DNA from: Vitrella brassicaformis CCMP3155
Lineage: Eukaryota > Protista > Chromerida
Direction of reading: 5' to 3'
Length of the DNA stretch: 64,000 nt
Assembly: GCA_001179505.1 (NCBI GenBank)
Contig: CDMY01000420.1
Location: 1-64,000 of the forward strand
The first letter of the stretch is position 1; every line of letters starts with the position of its first letter. The position numbers were made by a program, and so were the translations under genes. Below the pieces are notes generated by a model. The model was given only the letters and a program-made list of their open reading frames with translations. It searched no databases and had not been told where the DNA came from. Positions 24,731-37,000 of the stretch are shown piece after piece.

Positions 24731-27156
24731 AACGTGACGTGACGTGTGAGAGTGCATACACACACGTCTATCTATCTGTGTATATATATTATATACCGAG
24801 GGAGGGGAGTGGTCGACGGACGGACGGACCGACCGGGTGAGTGAGTGAACACATTTTATCTGTCTATATTGATGGATGGTTGGACTGACCGACGGACGAG
24901 TGATTGCCCTGTTGTTTTTCCGCACCATGTGTATGTATGGATGTGTGGTATCGTCGAGCACGGTGATCTATCGGAGAAGGGAGGGGAGGGGAGGACCTTT
25001 CAATCAATGACGGCCTGACCGACCGTATATATTGTGTACACAGCCAGGGAGGGAGGGGCGGAGGCGGTGTTGCTGCTGCTGCTGCTGCGTCTGCTGTCAC
25101 ACACACACCCACACCGGCGCCCATCCATCCATCCATCCATCCATGTGGTGCCTGTGGCCGCTTTCATGCTGTATGTGTGATGGATGTCACTCACCTGCTA
25201 CATACATACCGGCCAACTACACTACACTCTTCACTCTTCACTCTGCCATGTCTGTCATCCTTCGGGACGCACTCACTCTCACTCACTCTCACTCATACTT
25301 GCTAGAGAAATGCATACCTGCTCGCACAATCACCTACCTACTCGCAAGCTAACTGGGGGGTCTGGCTGTCTTCCTGCCTGTCTGTCTGTCTGTCTGTGTG
25401 CATGTGGATGAATGGCGGGATGGGATGCATTGCATTCATGTCACACACCCACTTGCTGCCAGTCGGTCTGCCGCGCACTCACTCACTGACAGGGAGGAGG
25501 AGCCCTACCGGTCTCCCCCCACCCCCCACCCGTCACTCGTCAGCCAGTCCGTCTGTCTGTCCGTCTGTCCGTGTGCGACCGTGCAAATCGCACTCCGACT
25601 ATCGCAATGCTCGTATGCCGTCCTGTCTTGTGTGTGTCGTCTTTCTGTCGCCCGTCGGTTGTGGTGGCGTCTCTCGTTGTGGTGCGTCGTCTTTGTTTAT
25701 GGAAGTGAGGGTGGTCAAGGAGAGAAAGGGGGGGGCTTGCAGATGGTTTTCTAGTTTGCCAGCCAAGTGTGTGTCTGTCGATGAAGTCGATCGGTCGATC
25801 TTACGCGCGGGGAGAGAGAGATATATATAGAGAGAAGAAAGGCTGATGTTGTCTCGTTGTCGTTACTCTTGGCCTGTGGTCGGGTACTGATGGTCGCAGG
25901 ACCACGACGGTCGCCTGACTACGAGGCCGATGGTCGTGTCGTGGTTGTGGCTGCTCTACCTGGCTAGATGGATGGATGGATGGATGGAGATCTCGATGGC
26001 CAATGGCCAAGTCTGCCTGCGTGCCTGCCTGCATGCCTGTCTGCCACTCATGGATAGCATGTGCTGTTATGTAATTGACGGCTGTAGCGTGGCTGTGTGT
26101 GTGTGTGTGTGTGTGTACCTTACGTACCACATTTGTGATCTCTCTCTCTCTCCCCCTTGTGTCTGAGGTCAGTATCTGTGCAACGAATCTGGGGCTGCTG
26201 GGTGTGGGTTGTGATGTGGCGTGATGTGCTGGATGGCCTTGCTGTGTGTCGATAATGCTGCGCATGACAATGACGCTCACTTTCTGGGGTGATTTTTACG
26301 GATATATACATACATACACACGATGAATGGACTCTCTCTACTCTGCGCCCTCATCCCCCGGCCCCGCCCCGCCTCCTTTTCTCCCGTGTGTGTGTGTCGA
26401 GAAATTTTGCCGTTCGTTGCATTCTTTCGCGGATCGATCGTTGTCCTGTCTGCCTGCTGATTTTGTGACGAGACGAGACGAGAGGGAGGGATTTTGCACT
26501 CACCAGCTGCCATGCCATGCCATGCCATGCCATGCCAGCATGGCATGCAAGTGCGGCGTCCATGTGTGTGTGTGTGTGTGTGTGTGTCTTGTGGTTGCGA
26601 GGGCTGCCTCCGGGCACGCGAGAGAGAGGCGGCGGACACTCACGTAATGATGTCAGAAGGGGAGAGTGTTGCCTTAGTCCACCTGTCTGTTTACTTGCTT
26701 TACCTACCTGCCTGCCTGCCTGCTATAGGTCCCTAAGATTTTTCTCTTTGCACACCTGCAATCGGTCTGTCTGTCTGTCTGGCTGTCTCTATGTCTGTCT
26801 GTCTGTCTGTCTGGATGGATGGATGCGTGGATTTTTCCTTTTTGGCCCGGCGGACTTGACTGACTTGGATTGTAGGATTTTTTCCTGGCTCGTCATGCTC
26901 TCACCTGGCTCGTCCCACTCTATCCTGGTTTTTCGCCCATTGGATGGCACGCCATGGCGTGATCATTACATCAGGGAGTTTTTAAAAGAAGGGATAATGA
27001 TCGGGCCATCCATCTGTATACCCCGTGCAAGTGCCTTTTAAGTGTCGATGGGGTGGATGGATGTTGGCAATGGGGGTGCCTGCCTGCCATGCGCCTCGAT
27101 CGACACGTCCAGATTGGATGGATGGATGGATGGATTGGCTTATCCATGGTGTGTGT

Positions 27157-27263
27157 TCTGGTTTCGCTGCTTCTTCAGTCTCCTTGCTACGCGTTGCTGG
27201 CATCCAGACATCCTCTGGATGCCGCGAGCCGTGGCGGGGAGGAGGAAGAAGCAGAGAACCAGA
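27157..27263 (+). ncRNA. Candidate structured RNA or foldback element, copy 1 (long hairpin)
   Basis: Inner stem GGCATCCAGA (27199-27208) / TCTGGATGCC (27214-27223). Outer stems CTGCTTCTTC (27167-27176) / GAAGAAGCAG (27245-27254) and TCTGGTT / AACCAGA. Homologous to 38557-38649. Transcription not shown. Confidence 0.4.
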
Positions 27264-28722
27264 TGCATCACCAAATCTGTGCGTCTGGCGCAGAGACGGA
27301 CCTTCGGAGGGTTTTGAGAGCTTTCTGTTCGGCGTGATGACCCAGGTCTGCCTAGCTCAACTCTTGCATACCATCCCAGTATCCCTGCTGCCCACGACTG
27401 ACCTGACCTCTAGCCGCGTCTGTTGTCTCCGGTGTTGGCTTGGGTTTTTTCCTCTCTCTCTCTCTCTGCATTGCCTGCCTGCCTGCCTACCTGCCTACTT
27501 GATGCGTCGGATGCGTTGGTTGGGTGTGACTGGGTGGGCGGACCATGGCTGGCCGTGCAGATCAATCAATGGCATTCAAGTAGTCATCCATGTACAAGCA
27601 CACACGCAATGATTGCAATCAGTGTCGCGGCAAGGCAAGGCAAGAGAGAGAGACAGGCATCGCATCGATCGCATCAGACACACACACGCACACGGACACA
27701 CACACAGCTGATCATGGTCAGACCATCCATACACACGCCGCGTCACGCCACCGGCACGACAAATGTCAACTCACACCACACCCTCACACCCTCACACCCA
27801 CTCCTCACGCCGAGAGACAGAGCTATCACATTCCTCCTTCCTCCTCACCTCACCCCACCACGTAGTGGCCTGGCCTCGATTCACCTTCCTCGGGAACGGT
27901 GAACGCAAGCGAGCCTGCCTGCCTGCCTGCCTCGAATGAATGAGTAAGTATGCAAGTATTGTATGTATGGATGGCACCACAACACACAATGGTTTACATA
28001 AGTGAGGGCGAGCACTGAAAGACTCCATATACCCGACAGACAGACAGCCACCCAGCCACCGAGAGAAGTGTCGAAAAAGCCAGCGGGAGGAGGGAGGGAG
28101 GGAGGGAGAGAGAGGGGAGGATATCGACAGCATGTCAGCCAGTCAGAATGGGTAGAAACCGATTCAGGGTCACCAGGCGAGAGGGAGAGGGAGAGGAAAA
28201 GTCCGTGTGCAAAAATGAGAGCCAGTGGAGGAGCAAGACACGAGACCAGATAGGTAGGGTCCATTGTCTCCATTCATTCACGTTCGTTCGTATGATGGAT
28301 GTACGCCACTGCTATTATGATACATGTGACACAACTCTGACAGACACGCACAGCCGCCCCGCCCCGCCCGCCTCTCAAGGACGAGACGAGACGGGGCGGG
28401 ACAAGACCTGGCCTGTGTGTGTGCAAAACCGACCTGACCTTCCCCGCTCGCCCTGTCCCGACACAGTCCATGCGGCCCGGCGGGTGGGCAATACGAGGCG
28501 GACCAGGACGACCCGACCAGACGAGACAGACACCATTCAAATAAAGCAGTGTGTATGCAGACGAAGGAAAAAACTGTCAACTCGACCCCCAGCTGCATCC
28601 ATCCCTCTCCTCTCCTCTCTCCCGAAACACCCTCCATCCATCCATCCGCTCGCCGTTGTCGACTCAATCATTCAGTCAAGCCAACCTTATTGAGGTGCGT
28701 GCCGTCACACTGCGATGCGATG

Positions 28723-31700
28723 CTAGCTGTCCCCCTCCCGCATCGCCCCCGCCACCTCCTTCCTCCCACCCACACCAGAAGTACCAGCACCGCTGCCCCA
28801 GGCCGTCGAGTTGGTGTGCGCGTCACCGGCCGGCACGGCATGGACACTGGCGTTTGGGGAGCTTTCGTCAGGAAATGCGCACCACGCAGGCCCTCCTTCG
28901 GCTGCTCCTGCCGTCATGACGACTTGCTCCTGTGTCCATGGCCCCCTCATCCACGACGACTCAGTGCTGCTGCCGCCATCTGCAGCGGGCGCCGCGTCAT
29001 GCCTCGGCGACTCGAACGTCGCCCACCCTGTGACAGCGACGGGCGCAGACGCATTGTCGCTTGGGGGCTCTGCAAAGGGATCGGCGAGTGCCTGGCCGTT
29101 GGTGGCTGCCTGTGGCGGCAGCGATGGCCGTATGGGGGAGGGAGAGGGAGAGGGCATGTAGGGGGCGGCCTGCGGCTGGAGCGGCGGGGAGGACGGCGGC
29201 TGCTCGTGTGCGTTGCCCGCCACCCCCGGGTCGGGGCTGATGGCCGCCTCGCCCTCGCTGGAGGAGCTGTCGTCGTCATCATCGTCATCGTCGTCTTCTT
29301 CCCCCTCGCCCATGTCGTCCTCCTGCGCCCTCTTGCCACCCCCACCGCTGTACGGGTCTCCCAGGCTCATGGGCTGCATCACCGACCGGTCTTTTGGGGG
29401 CGTCGCTGCAGGCAGGCCGGGGCTGTCCGTGTCGGGCTCTCGCAGGATGGTGGCGCTCACGCGGGACCTCTGGTCACCTGCCGCAGCAGCGGCGTCGTGC
29501 GCCGTGTCCTCCTGGAAGCTGGCGAAGGGGTCGGAACCATCGCGGTTCGACGGACCAAGGTCAAAATCCTCATCACTGACCAAGCACATAGAACAAACAC
29601 ATCAGTGCGACACCTTCATATACTTGTGTGGATGTGCCTCAAGGCCTTGACTCACTCTTCGTGCCAGTCGAAGGGCTCTGGGCTCCTTGCCATAGCTGTG
29701 GGTGCGGGTGCGGTGGCCGCGGCGCTGCTGCTCCAGGTGGGCCTCTGGCCGCCCAGCCAGGTCATGTTGTCCTCTCCACTGCTGCCCGGCCGATCCACCC
29801 GCCGCACACCGGCGTGGTCGCCACCGAAATGGGGAACAAACTCTGAGCCAAGAGCAGAAAAACAATGCCCTCCTGGCCTTGGTGGGACCATCGTTCTTTT
29901 TCTTTTGCCGACTGACCATCATCGGTGTCGAATGGGTTAGATTCGCTGTCCATCGGCGCGGATCTACTTGCAGTGCCCTCCACCGGCGACCTTTCAGGCG
30001 AGAAGGAGGCCGTCCAGCCCCCATCCATCACCTCCGCCGGTGGCGCATCCGCCCACGCCGGCTTCGGGGGTGAAGCAGCCGGCTGCTGTGTCGCTCTTGG
30101 CGCGCCCGTGACCTCCTGCGGCGTGTGGGCTGGTGGTCGGCCCGATGATGTCGATGGCGACGTCGCAGCAGCAGCGGCGGGTGCAGGTGCAGGTGGAGGG
30201 AGAAGACCAACGCCTTGGAGAAGACCAACGCCTGGTGGGGGAAGACCAACGGGTGGGGGGCCTAGCGGCTGGGGGCCAGAGGGAGGCGACCCAGGGCCAC
30301 CCTGGAAGCACACACGCAGACACCCATCAGGGTGCTGGTGTGTGGGTGTCTGGTGCAGCCGCCGCACCTGTCTGTGTAGTTCCTCTTGGGTGTTGAGGAT
30401 TTCCTCCACTTCGGGTTCGGCAACGGGCACGGCCTGGGGCACCGACGCCACCCAGCCTTCGTCACGCATCGGGCCGCTCGCCGAGGATGGCGGAGGGGGC
30501 GGTGCAGCGTTGGCCGCGTGGGGCAGGGGACCAGCCAGATGGTTGCCCTGAGTGAGTGGGTGAGATGGAACAGGCCAACATGGATGTATAGGGAGAGACG
30601 TGGCAGCGCGTGTGTGTGCGTATGGTTGCGTACTGGTGCGGTGAGTGTGGCGTAGTCTTTGATGATTTCACCGACGGGCCTCTCGTGCTTGAGTGTCTGC
30701 CAATTCCAGCCCTCCGTCTCGTTGAGCAGCTCCTGGATCTGAGGAATGGACAGACAGATACAAACGATCCCATCACACACACACCCATTCACACAAGTGT
30801 ATGGGTACCGTCTGTCTGTCTGTCTGTCAGTCTTACCCATGGCGTGTGTTGGGCGGCCATGTGTAGGTGATGGCCAATGGTCATGATGTGCGATATGTAG
30901 CCCACCGTGTCGCCCTTCCGCCGCCAGCCCCGCTCGGGACGCGTGTGCCAACGCCTGGTGGATTGGATCAACGGACGGACAATCACACGGATATTAGGTG
31001 TTTGGTTCGTATCAGAGGTTGGCACAGGGTACCTACCTGATGGCCTTGACGGTTTGCGATAGGAAAGCTGAGTCCCTGAGGAGGGACTCGACCAGCTCGG
31101 GGTGCTTGTCGGCCAAACTGATGGCCTCCAACGCAGCCGACCTGACACACCCACAGGCAGGCAGGCAGGCAGGCAGTCACTACTGTGTATCTTCCTCCGT
31201 ATGGGTGTACATGGCTTACTTGACGTCATTGTGCAGCAGGTTGTTCCATTCAAACTCGAAAAAGGCCGAAATGCACAAAGGAAACACACCCTCAGACACA
31301 ACCGCAGCCACCACCTCCTGCAATGCAACAAACCACACACATTCACACCATACACGCCATTGATTGAAACCAACCATTCTCTACGACAGATACCCACCTC
31401 CTTTCTGGTCCGGATGAGCGCGGTCCACAGGCTGACAATCCCCAAAGCAGTGGAGCCCAGCGGCCGCTGCCCTCCCCCAGCCGGCATGGGTATCGCCTTG
31501 CCCCTGGCGGCCAGCAGCTCGCTCTCAAACAGCTCCCGCATCCGGCGTATCTGAGGACACACGGCCTCTGCCACGTAGTCAATGGCCGATGGCTGCGGGG
31601 GGGAGGCACCCTCTGGCTCGGGCGTGGCCGCCGGACGCTCGGGGGGCACCTCTTCTTGCTCTCGTTGTTGTTGTTGCTGCTGCTGCTGCTGGGTGGGGGC

Positions 31701-33864
31701 CTCCTCACTCTCTCTCTGCTGGCCAGTGGCGACAATGGCGTTGGCTGTTTGTCGGAGGGTATCGAGAGTGCCGTTGGCTACCGCAACCTCCTCCTCAGGG
31801 GCCGCCGCCACGACCGGCGGGGAGCCGTCGGTGGCGTCGTCTTGGGACGCCTTGACTACCGGCATCGGCGGGGCCTCCTGCTCTTGCCTCGAGTCGTTTT
31901 CGGCAGCGTGGGTGGCCTCGGGCTCTTCAGTGATGGGCGTGGGGGGAGGGGAGAGGGGAGTCTCGTCCTCGGTGGGCTGGGGGGGCTGGGCGTGGTCGTC
32001 GGTGCTGTCTGGCAGGACGATGCGCACGCTGTCCTCCGGAGTGCCGTGGTGAAGGGCCTCCTCCTCTTCATGCTGATCTTGCTGGTCCTCCTCCTGCTCC
32101 TGCTGCTGCTGCTGATCCTCCCCCTCCTGCCGCTGTAATTGATCATCGCCAGCGGGTCTTTCCCTTGGAGGAGTCTGGATGGCGGCGGTGGTGTGGTGGA
32201 TGAGGTCTGATAAAATCGACACGGCTTGCGACACCAATATCGGGTCCTGAGGCACACGAAGCCGTGCCGTGGAGAAGGTGTGCTGTCTGTCTGTCTGTGT
32301 GAGTGAGTGTGTGGTCTTCATGTGTGTCGGGTCTGTACGTTTTGGAAGAGGCAGTCGACGAGGTGGTGTGTGCATTCGGTGGACGTGAGCTGCTGCATCA
32401 GGGCGGGCGCATAGTACACCGACTCATACTTCTGCAGGAACATCCGGATGATCACCGCGACGTTCTCCGACACCTGAACCCCACCAAACAACACCGCCAC
32501 CACCACCACCACCACCACCCAACACATGAGTCAATCACACACATGACATGATGTGTCCCTCCCTGTCTGTCTGTCTGTCTGCGTACCTCTCCCACTCTGT
32601 CCTGGGGGTTGTCGTTTTCGGGTATGAGTCTTTGTACGATGCGCATCATGAGCGGGCTGCCGTGCCGGTCGGACGTGTCGAAGACGGCCTGCGGCTGCTC
32701 CTCCACACACAGGTACGTCACGAACAGATCCGTGATCGACCGGCTCCCCAGCTTGGCCAAGAAACCATCCAAGAGATCTTCCTTGCCACGGAGGTAGGAC
32801 ACCAGCTGAATGAATGAACGAGTGAACCAGGGAGGGACGGAGGGACGGAGGGAGGAGGGACACACAAGGCAAACGATTGGTTGGTTGATGGATGGATGGA
32901 TGGACAACATTCGTGTGCTGTGCTGTGCTGTGTGGAGTGGGTGTGTCGGGTCACCTGGCTGGTCTCTGTTGGCTTCTGCGTGTTGATGGAGGTCCGCATG
33001 AACAGCGAAGTGCACACACGCGCAAAGTACCCCGCCAGCACGTGATTCAGCTGCAGCCATCCATTCACCATCACGACACACCACATGTCATGGATCAGCA
33101 GATAGATACTTTGGTGTCTGTGTCTGTCTGTCTGTCTGTCTGTCGCTCACCGCGTTGGGTTGGTAGAGGAAGTCCCACAGAGCGTCCAGCACCGGACGGT
33201 TCTCAGGGTCGAGGAACGCCCTGACGACATCACACAAGCGATCGATCATCGGTAGGCAATGCTACACAGGCCTGTGTGTGTCGGGTGCGCACTGTAGGAT
33301 GCGATCATTCTCCTGGCAGACCACTTCGGTCGCCATGAAGGGGAACCTGACAGACAGACAGACACACAGACAGACGGACAGAGAGAGCAGTACAGTGATG
33401 TGAATGGTGGGTTGGTGGTGTGGATGCGGTTGGCCATCGGTCGCTCACTTGTGTCCCCTGTTCTTATCAGCATCATCGGGCGGCACCACGACAATGTACT
33501 CCACCAGCCTCTCCAGCGAATCACGACGACACAAACTGATGTATGCAGGTCACACCACACAGACGCACAAGGCACAGACAGGCAGACACAAGACAAGACA
33601 CACACCGTCGCGCATTCACTTGGGTGTCCGTCGTGTTTGCTTCTGTCTGTCTGTCTGTCCTCATGTGATTGCTCACAAGTCGACGACTTTGGCGTTGTTG
33701 CTTTTGATCTCCTGGATGAGCTCGTCGAGGTCGAGCAGTTTGTCCAGGGTGCAGTCCGCCGCTTCCACTATCTCGTCCACATTCACGCTCGACGCCTCCG
33801 GGCCGCCAAAGGTGCTCCAGAACAAACCACCCATTTGACCCATGCCACCCTGGTTCGGCTCCAT
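28723..33864 (-). CDS. SIT4-associated (SAPS) protein / PP6 phosphatase regulatory subunit
   Basis: N-terminus GGLFWSTFGG..VDEIVEAADCTLDKLLDLDELIQEIKSNNAKVVD, then RFPFMATEVV, LNHVLAGYFARVCTSL and FFEFEWNNLLHN, all characteristic SAPS-family motifs. Long acidic and Pro-rich C-terminal exons. Confidence 0.9.
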
Positions 33865-34083
33865 CACTCAACCTCACACACACTGATAAGTAGATAGATG
33901 ATGATATAGATGACGTCACTCACACCAGCTCACACGCACCACCAGAGCCTGAAGCTGTCGACGTCACGTGACGGCCGCACGAGCAGCATCACTCTCAAAA
34001 CCATCTCCCTTCTCGCTTCTCGAGCTCGCACTCCTGTGCGAGCTTGGCCTTCCACCGACCGTGTTTTTCCCAGCTTTGACGCG
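33865..34083. promoter_or_regulatory. Candidate bidirectional promoter (SAPS / Gle1) with palindromic elements
   Basis: 219 nt between divergent ATGs. Contains TGACGTCA (33911-33918), CGTCACGTGACG (33962-33973) and the inverted repeat AGCTCGCAC-TCCT-GTGCGAGCT (34023-34044). Confidence 0.6.
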
Positions 34084-37000
34084 ATGGAACGAAACATCGT
34101 CGGTCGCGCTGTCGGTGCTTTAGCATCCTGGTGGAGCGGGTCCAAGACCGTCCCGCCTCGAATCCTCAGCGACAGCAACCAGCCAGACCCTGAGACAAGC
34201 ACTGACGAAGAGCCGCAAACGACCCGCGGTGATGCAGCGAGGGGAAGCCGCTTGGTTCCCCGGCCTCGACAGCAGGAGGGTGACGATGGTGATAATGCTG
34301 GACGGGTGGACTACTACGACCACTGGTCAGTGGAGAGGAGTCGTGTCGTGCATGCAATGCAATGCATTCCATTCATTCACTCACTCGCGGACCGTACCGA
34401 TTGTCTGTCACTCATTGACTCACTGACTGACTGCGATGTCTTGTGTCTGTTCGGTCAGGCACTCGGCACCTCCCACTTCAGCTCGGTACCCTTATTCGAG
34501 TGTGGCTCGAGAGCTGCTTGCGTCCTCCCGCTCCCGCGAGAGGGGATCTCCGACACGTGCACTCCCACGGCCGTCGTCGCCGACGCGCGCCACCGGCAGG
34601 CTGTCCCCTCCCCGCGAGCACGTTCCGGACATGGCCGTATTGCGTCAAGCGTTTGAGGAGCTCCGCGTCACTGCAATGGAGGAGCTCCGCACCGCTGAGA
34701 GCAGGCCACCCGAGCCATCAGCGCAACCGTCATCTGCCGGAGCCAGGAGTGAGGGCGGGTTTCAGAATCCCGTGGATGGTGATGGTCCCTTCCTGAGGAT
34801 TGGCAAGTATCGATCGCCTGTCGGTGAGGAGGGTCGGGATTGGGCGGCTGAGGGCTCCAGCTTTGCCGATGAGGAAGACGAGGACGAGAGCGAGCGCCTG
34901 GACGAGTCCGACCGTGGGCGTGAGCGTGATCGTGAGGAGGGGGAGGGGGTGAGGGTGAGGCGGGCGTTCCGCTCCATTGTCGACTACGACCCTGACGAGA
35001 TCTATCCCGACGAGTCGGCCAGCAACGCCCCACCCACACCCCACTTCGCACTTCACCTCCCCGACGGCCCCCTGGAGCGCAGCGAGTCTTCCGACGTCGC
35101 CAGCGCCGCTGGTAGCGGAGCCGCAGCCGAGCCGACAGACATCACGTCAGACCGCCCACCCCCCGACTACTGCCCCTCTCCCGCCCCCTCATTCGGCGGC
35201 CCCTCAGCCGATTTCTTCCTCCGTGTCTGCGAGGACGTCCTGGAGCCAGCCCGCGACGCCCTCGCGAGAAGCTCCGAGGCCACATCGAACGGGCTGCTCA
35301 CCCCCACAGTGCCGTTTGTCTCGCCATGGGGCGCGGAGGGGACGGAGGCCAGCCAGGACGGCAGGAGGACGACCAGACGCAGAAGGGGCCCGCGGCAGCC
35401 CGGCCCTGGTGCCTTCCAGTTCCCCGCCTACGTGTTGCGCGACAACAGGCTGCCACCCGTCACTGAAGAGCGCGAGAGGGAGGAGCGGGAGCGGGATGGC
35501 GGGGAGGATCCGACGTCGGATGTTCCCGTGGCCGGGTCGACGAGTGACCTGCGTGCGATGGAGTTGCGTCGCGAGATGGGTGTGGGAGTGGGGCCGCCGG
35601 CTGTGGTCCCGGATGGCGATGCCGTGCGTGGGATGGGGTGGCTGCAGGAGAGGCTGAGGGAGATTGAGGTTTTCCAGACACTCACGGCTGAGGCGGGCAA
35701 CCACCAACAGCTCCAAAGGATCGCCGAATGGGAGGTGCGCACCTAGACACACATACATACGCACACCGGTGACACACGCATGGACGTGTACCTGTGTGTG
35801 TGTGTGTGATGAGTTGCAGCGACGTGCGACGGCCCAGTTGGAGGCAAGGGCGAATGCTGACCGCACGGCCGTCCAGGAGGAATTCGAGTAAGACAGACAC
35901 TCAGCGCGGCGAACGGAGGGGCCCACTCGTTGTCGTGTGTACGCGTCTGTGTTCGCAGTGAGTCCATTGGTGTGCTTGAGCGTTTGCGGGAGGAGGATAC
36001 GGAGCAGCAGGAGGAGCAGAGACGCGAAGAGGAACGCCAGAAGGGTCAGCCCAACCAGTCCGCCGGCATCCCTTCTGTGGTGGATGCGATGCGCACGTGC
36101 CTGTGTGTGCTTCTGTCTGTCTGTCAGCTGAGGAGGAGGAGCGTCAGAGGAAAGCCCAAGAGGTGCGCGTCACGACACACAGCCACACAGCCACAGACAT
36201 CAACATGTGCAAATTAAATGAATCTGTTGTGTCATGTGCCTGCCTTTCTCAGGAGGCTGAGCGGCAGCGGCGCGAAGAGGAGGAGGCCGAAAGACAGCGC
36301 AAACTCAAGGTCGGTCGGTCGGCCGGCCGGCCGGCCACATACTCACTCCTTCACTTCACCATATCTACTAATTAGTTCTTTCCCTCCCCTGTCTGTCTGT
36401 CACATTAGGAGGAGGAGGACGCCCGGAGGCGTGCTGAAGAGGAGGCGCGGAAGAAGGCCGAGGAGGAACAACAGCAGAGTCAGCAACAGCAACAGCAACA
36501 GCAAGCTGCAGCAGCAGCGGCAGCAGCTGCAGCCCAGCCCGCCGTACCCACCCCCACCCCCACTCCCCCACCCGCCCCCGGTGCTGCCCCTGCTGCGGCC
36601 GCAGCAGTGCCTCCAGCGGGCCCCCCTGCCTCAGCAGCGGGTGAACCGGCCGACGTGCAAGCCGCCCTGGCGCTTAAGAGCAAGGTGGAGCTCCTCAAAC
36701 AGGAAATGGACAGAATCAGAGCCAGCGGCACAAACCAGGTAGGTAGGTCGGAGGGTGGGGGGTCGCTATCCGCTGAAACGGACCATGATGGATGTTGGCA
36801 TTATGTGTGTGTGTGTGTGTGTGGTGTAGGAGAAGGCGATGCGTCGCGAGACGTGGAAGGTGGTGGCGGACTGTGTCAATCGCACCGCCGGCAACCAACA
36901 GTCCGTCAGACAGGTGAGTAAACCGCACACACAGACAGACAGACAGAGAGACAGACAGACAGACAGGCACACAGACGGACAGACAGACAGACAGACAGCG

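Larger units (their letters stand above)
24456..28550. repeat. Microsatellite-rich non-coding region: (GGAT)n, (TCTG)n, (GT)n/(CA)n, (CCTG)n, (GCCAT)n, (GA)n
   Basis: Dense simple repeats. No exon-like codon-biased segments with phase-consistent splice sites were found. Confidence 0.75.

Noticed and set aside
24681-24745. Regularly spaced repeats as a possible CRISPR-like array
   Set aside because: Units are directly tandem with no unique spacers, and the context is eukaryotic.
26948-26961. 14-bp palindrome CACGCCATGGCGTG
   Set aside because: About 4 such palindromes are expected by chance in 64 kb.
27334-27406. Box C (GTGATGA) ... box D (CTGA) snoRNA-like segment with CCTGCTGCC complementary to 18S GGCAGCAGG
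   Set aside because: No adjacent terminal stem, the 9-nt complement does not abut the D box, and CTGA-like repeats are common here. Only a snoscan run plus small-RNA data could rescue it.
28549-29940. 463-aa plus-strand ORF (likewise 54562-55260)
   Set aside because: Antisense to SAPS or orphan-gene exons, low complexity, no independent splice or start evidence.
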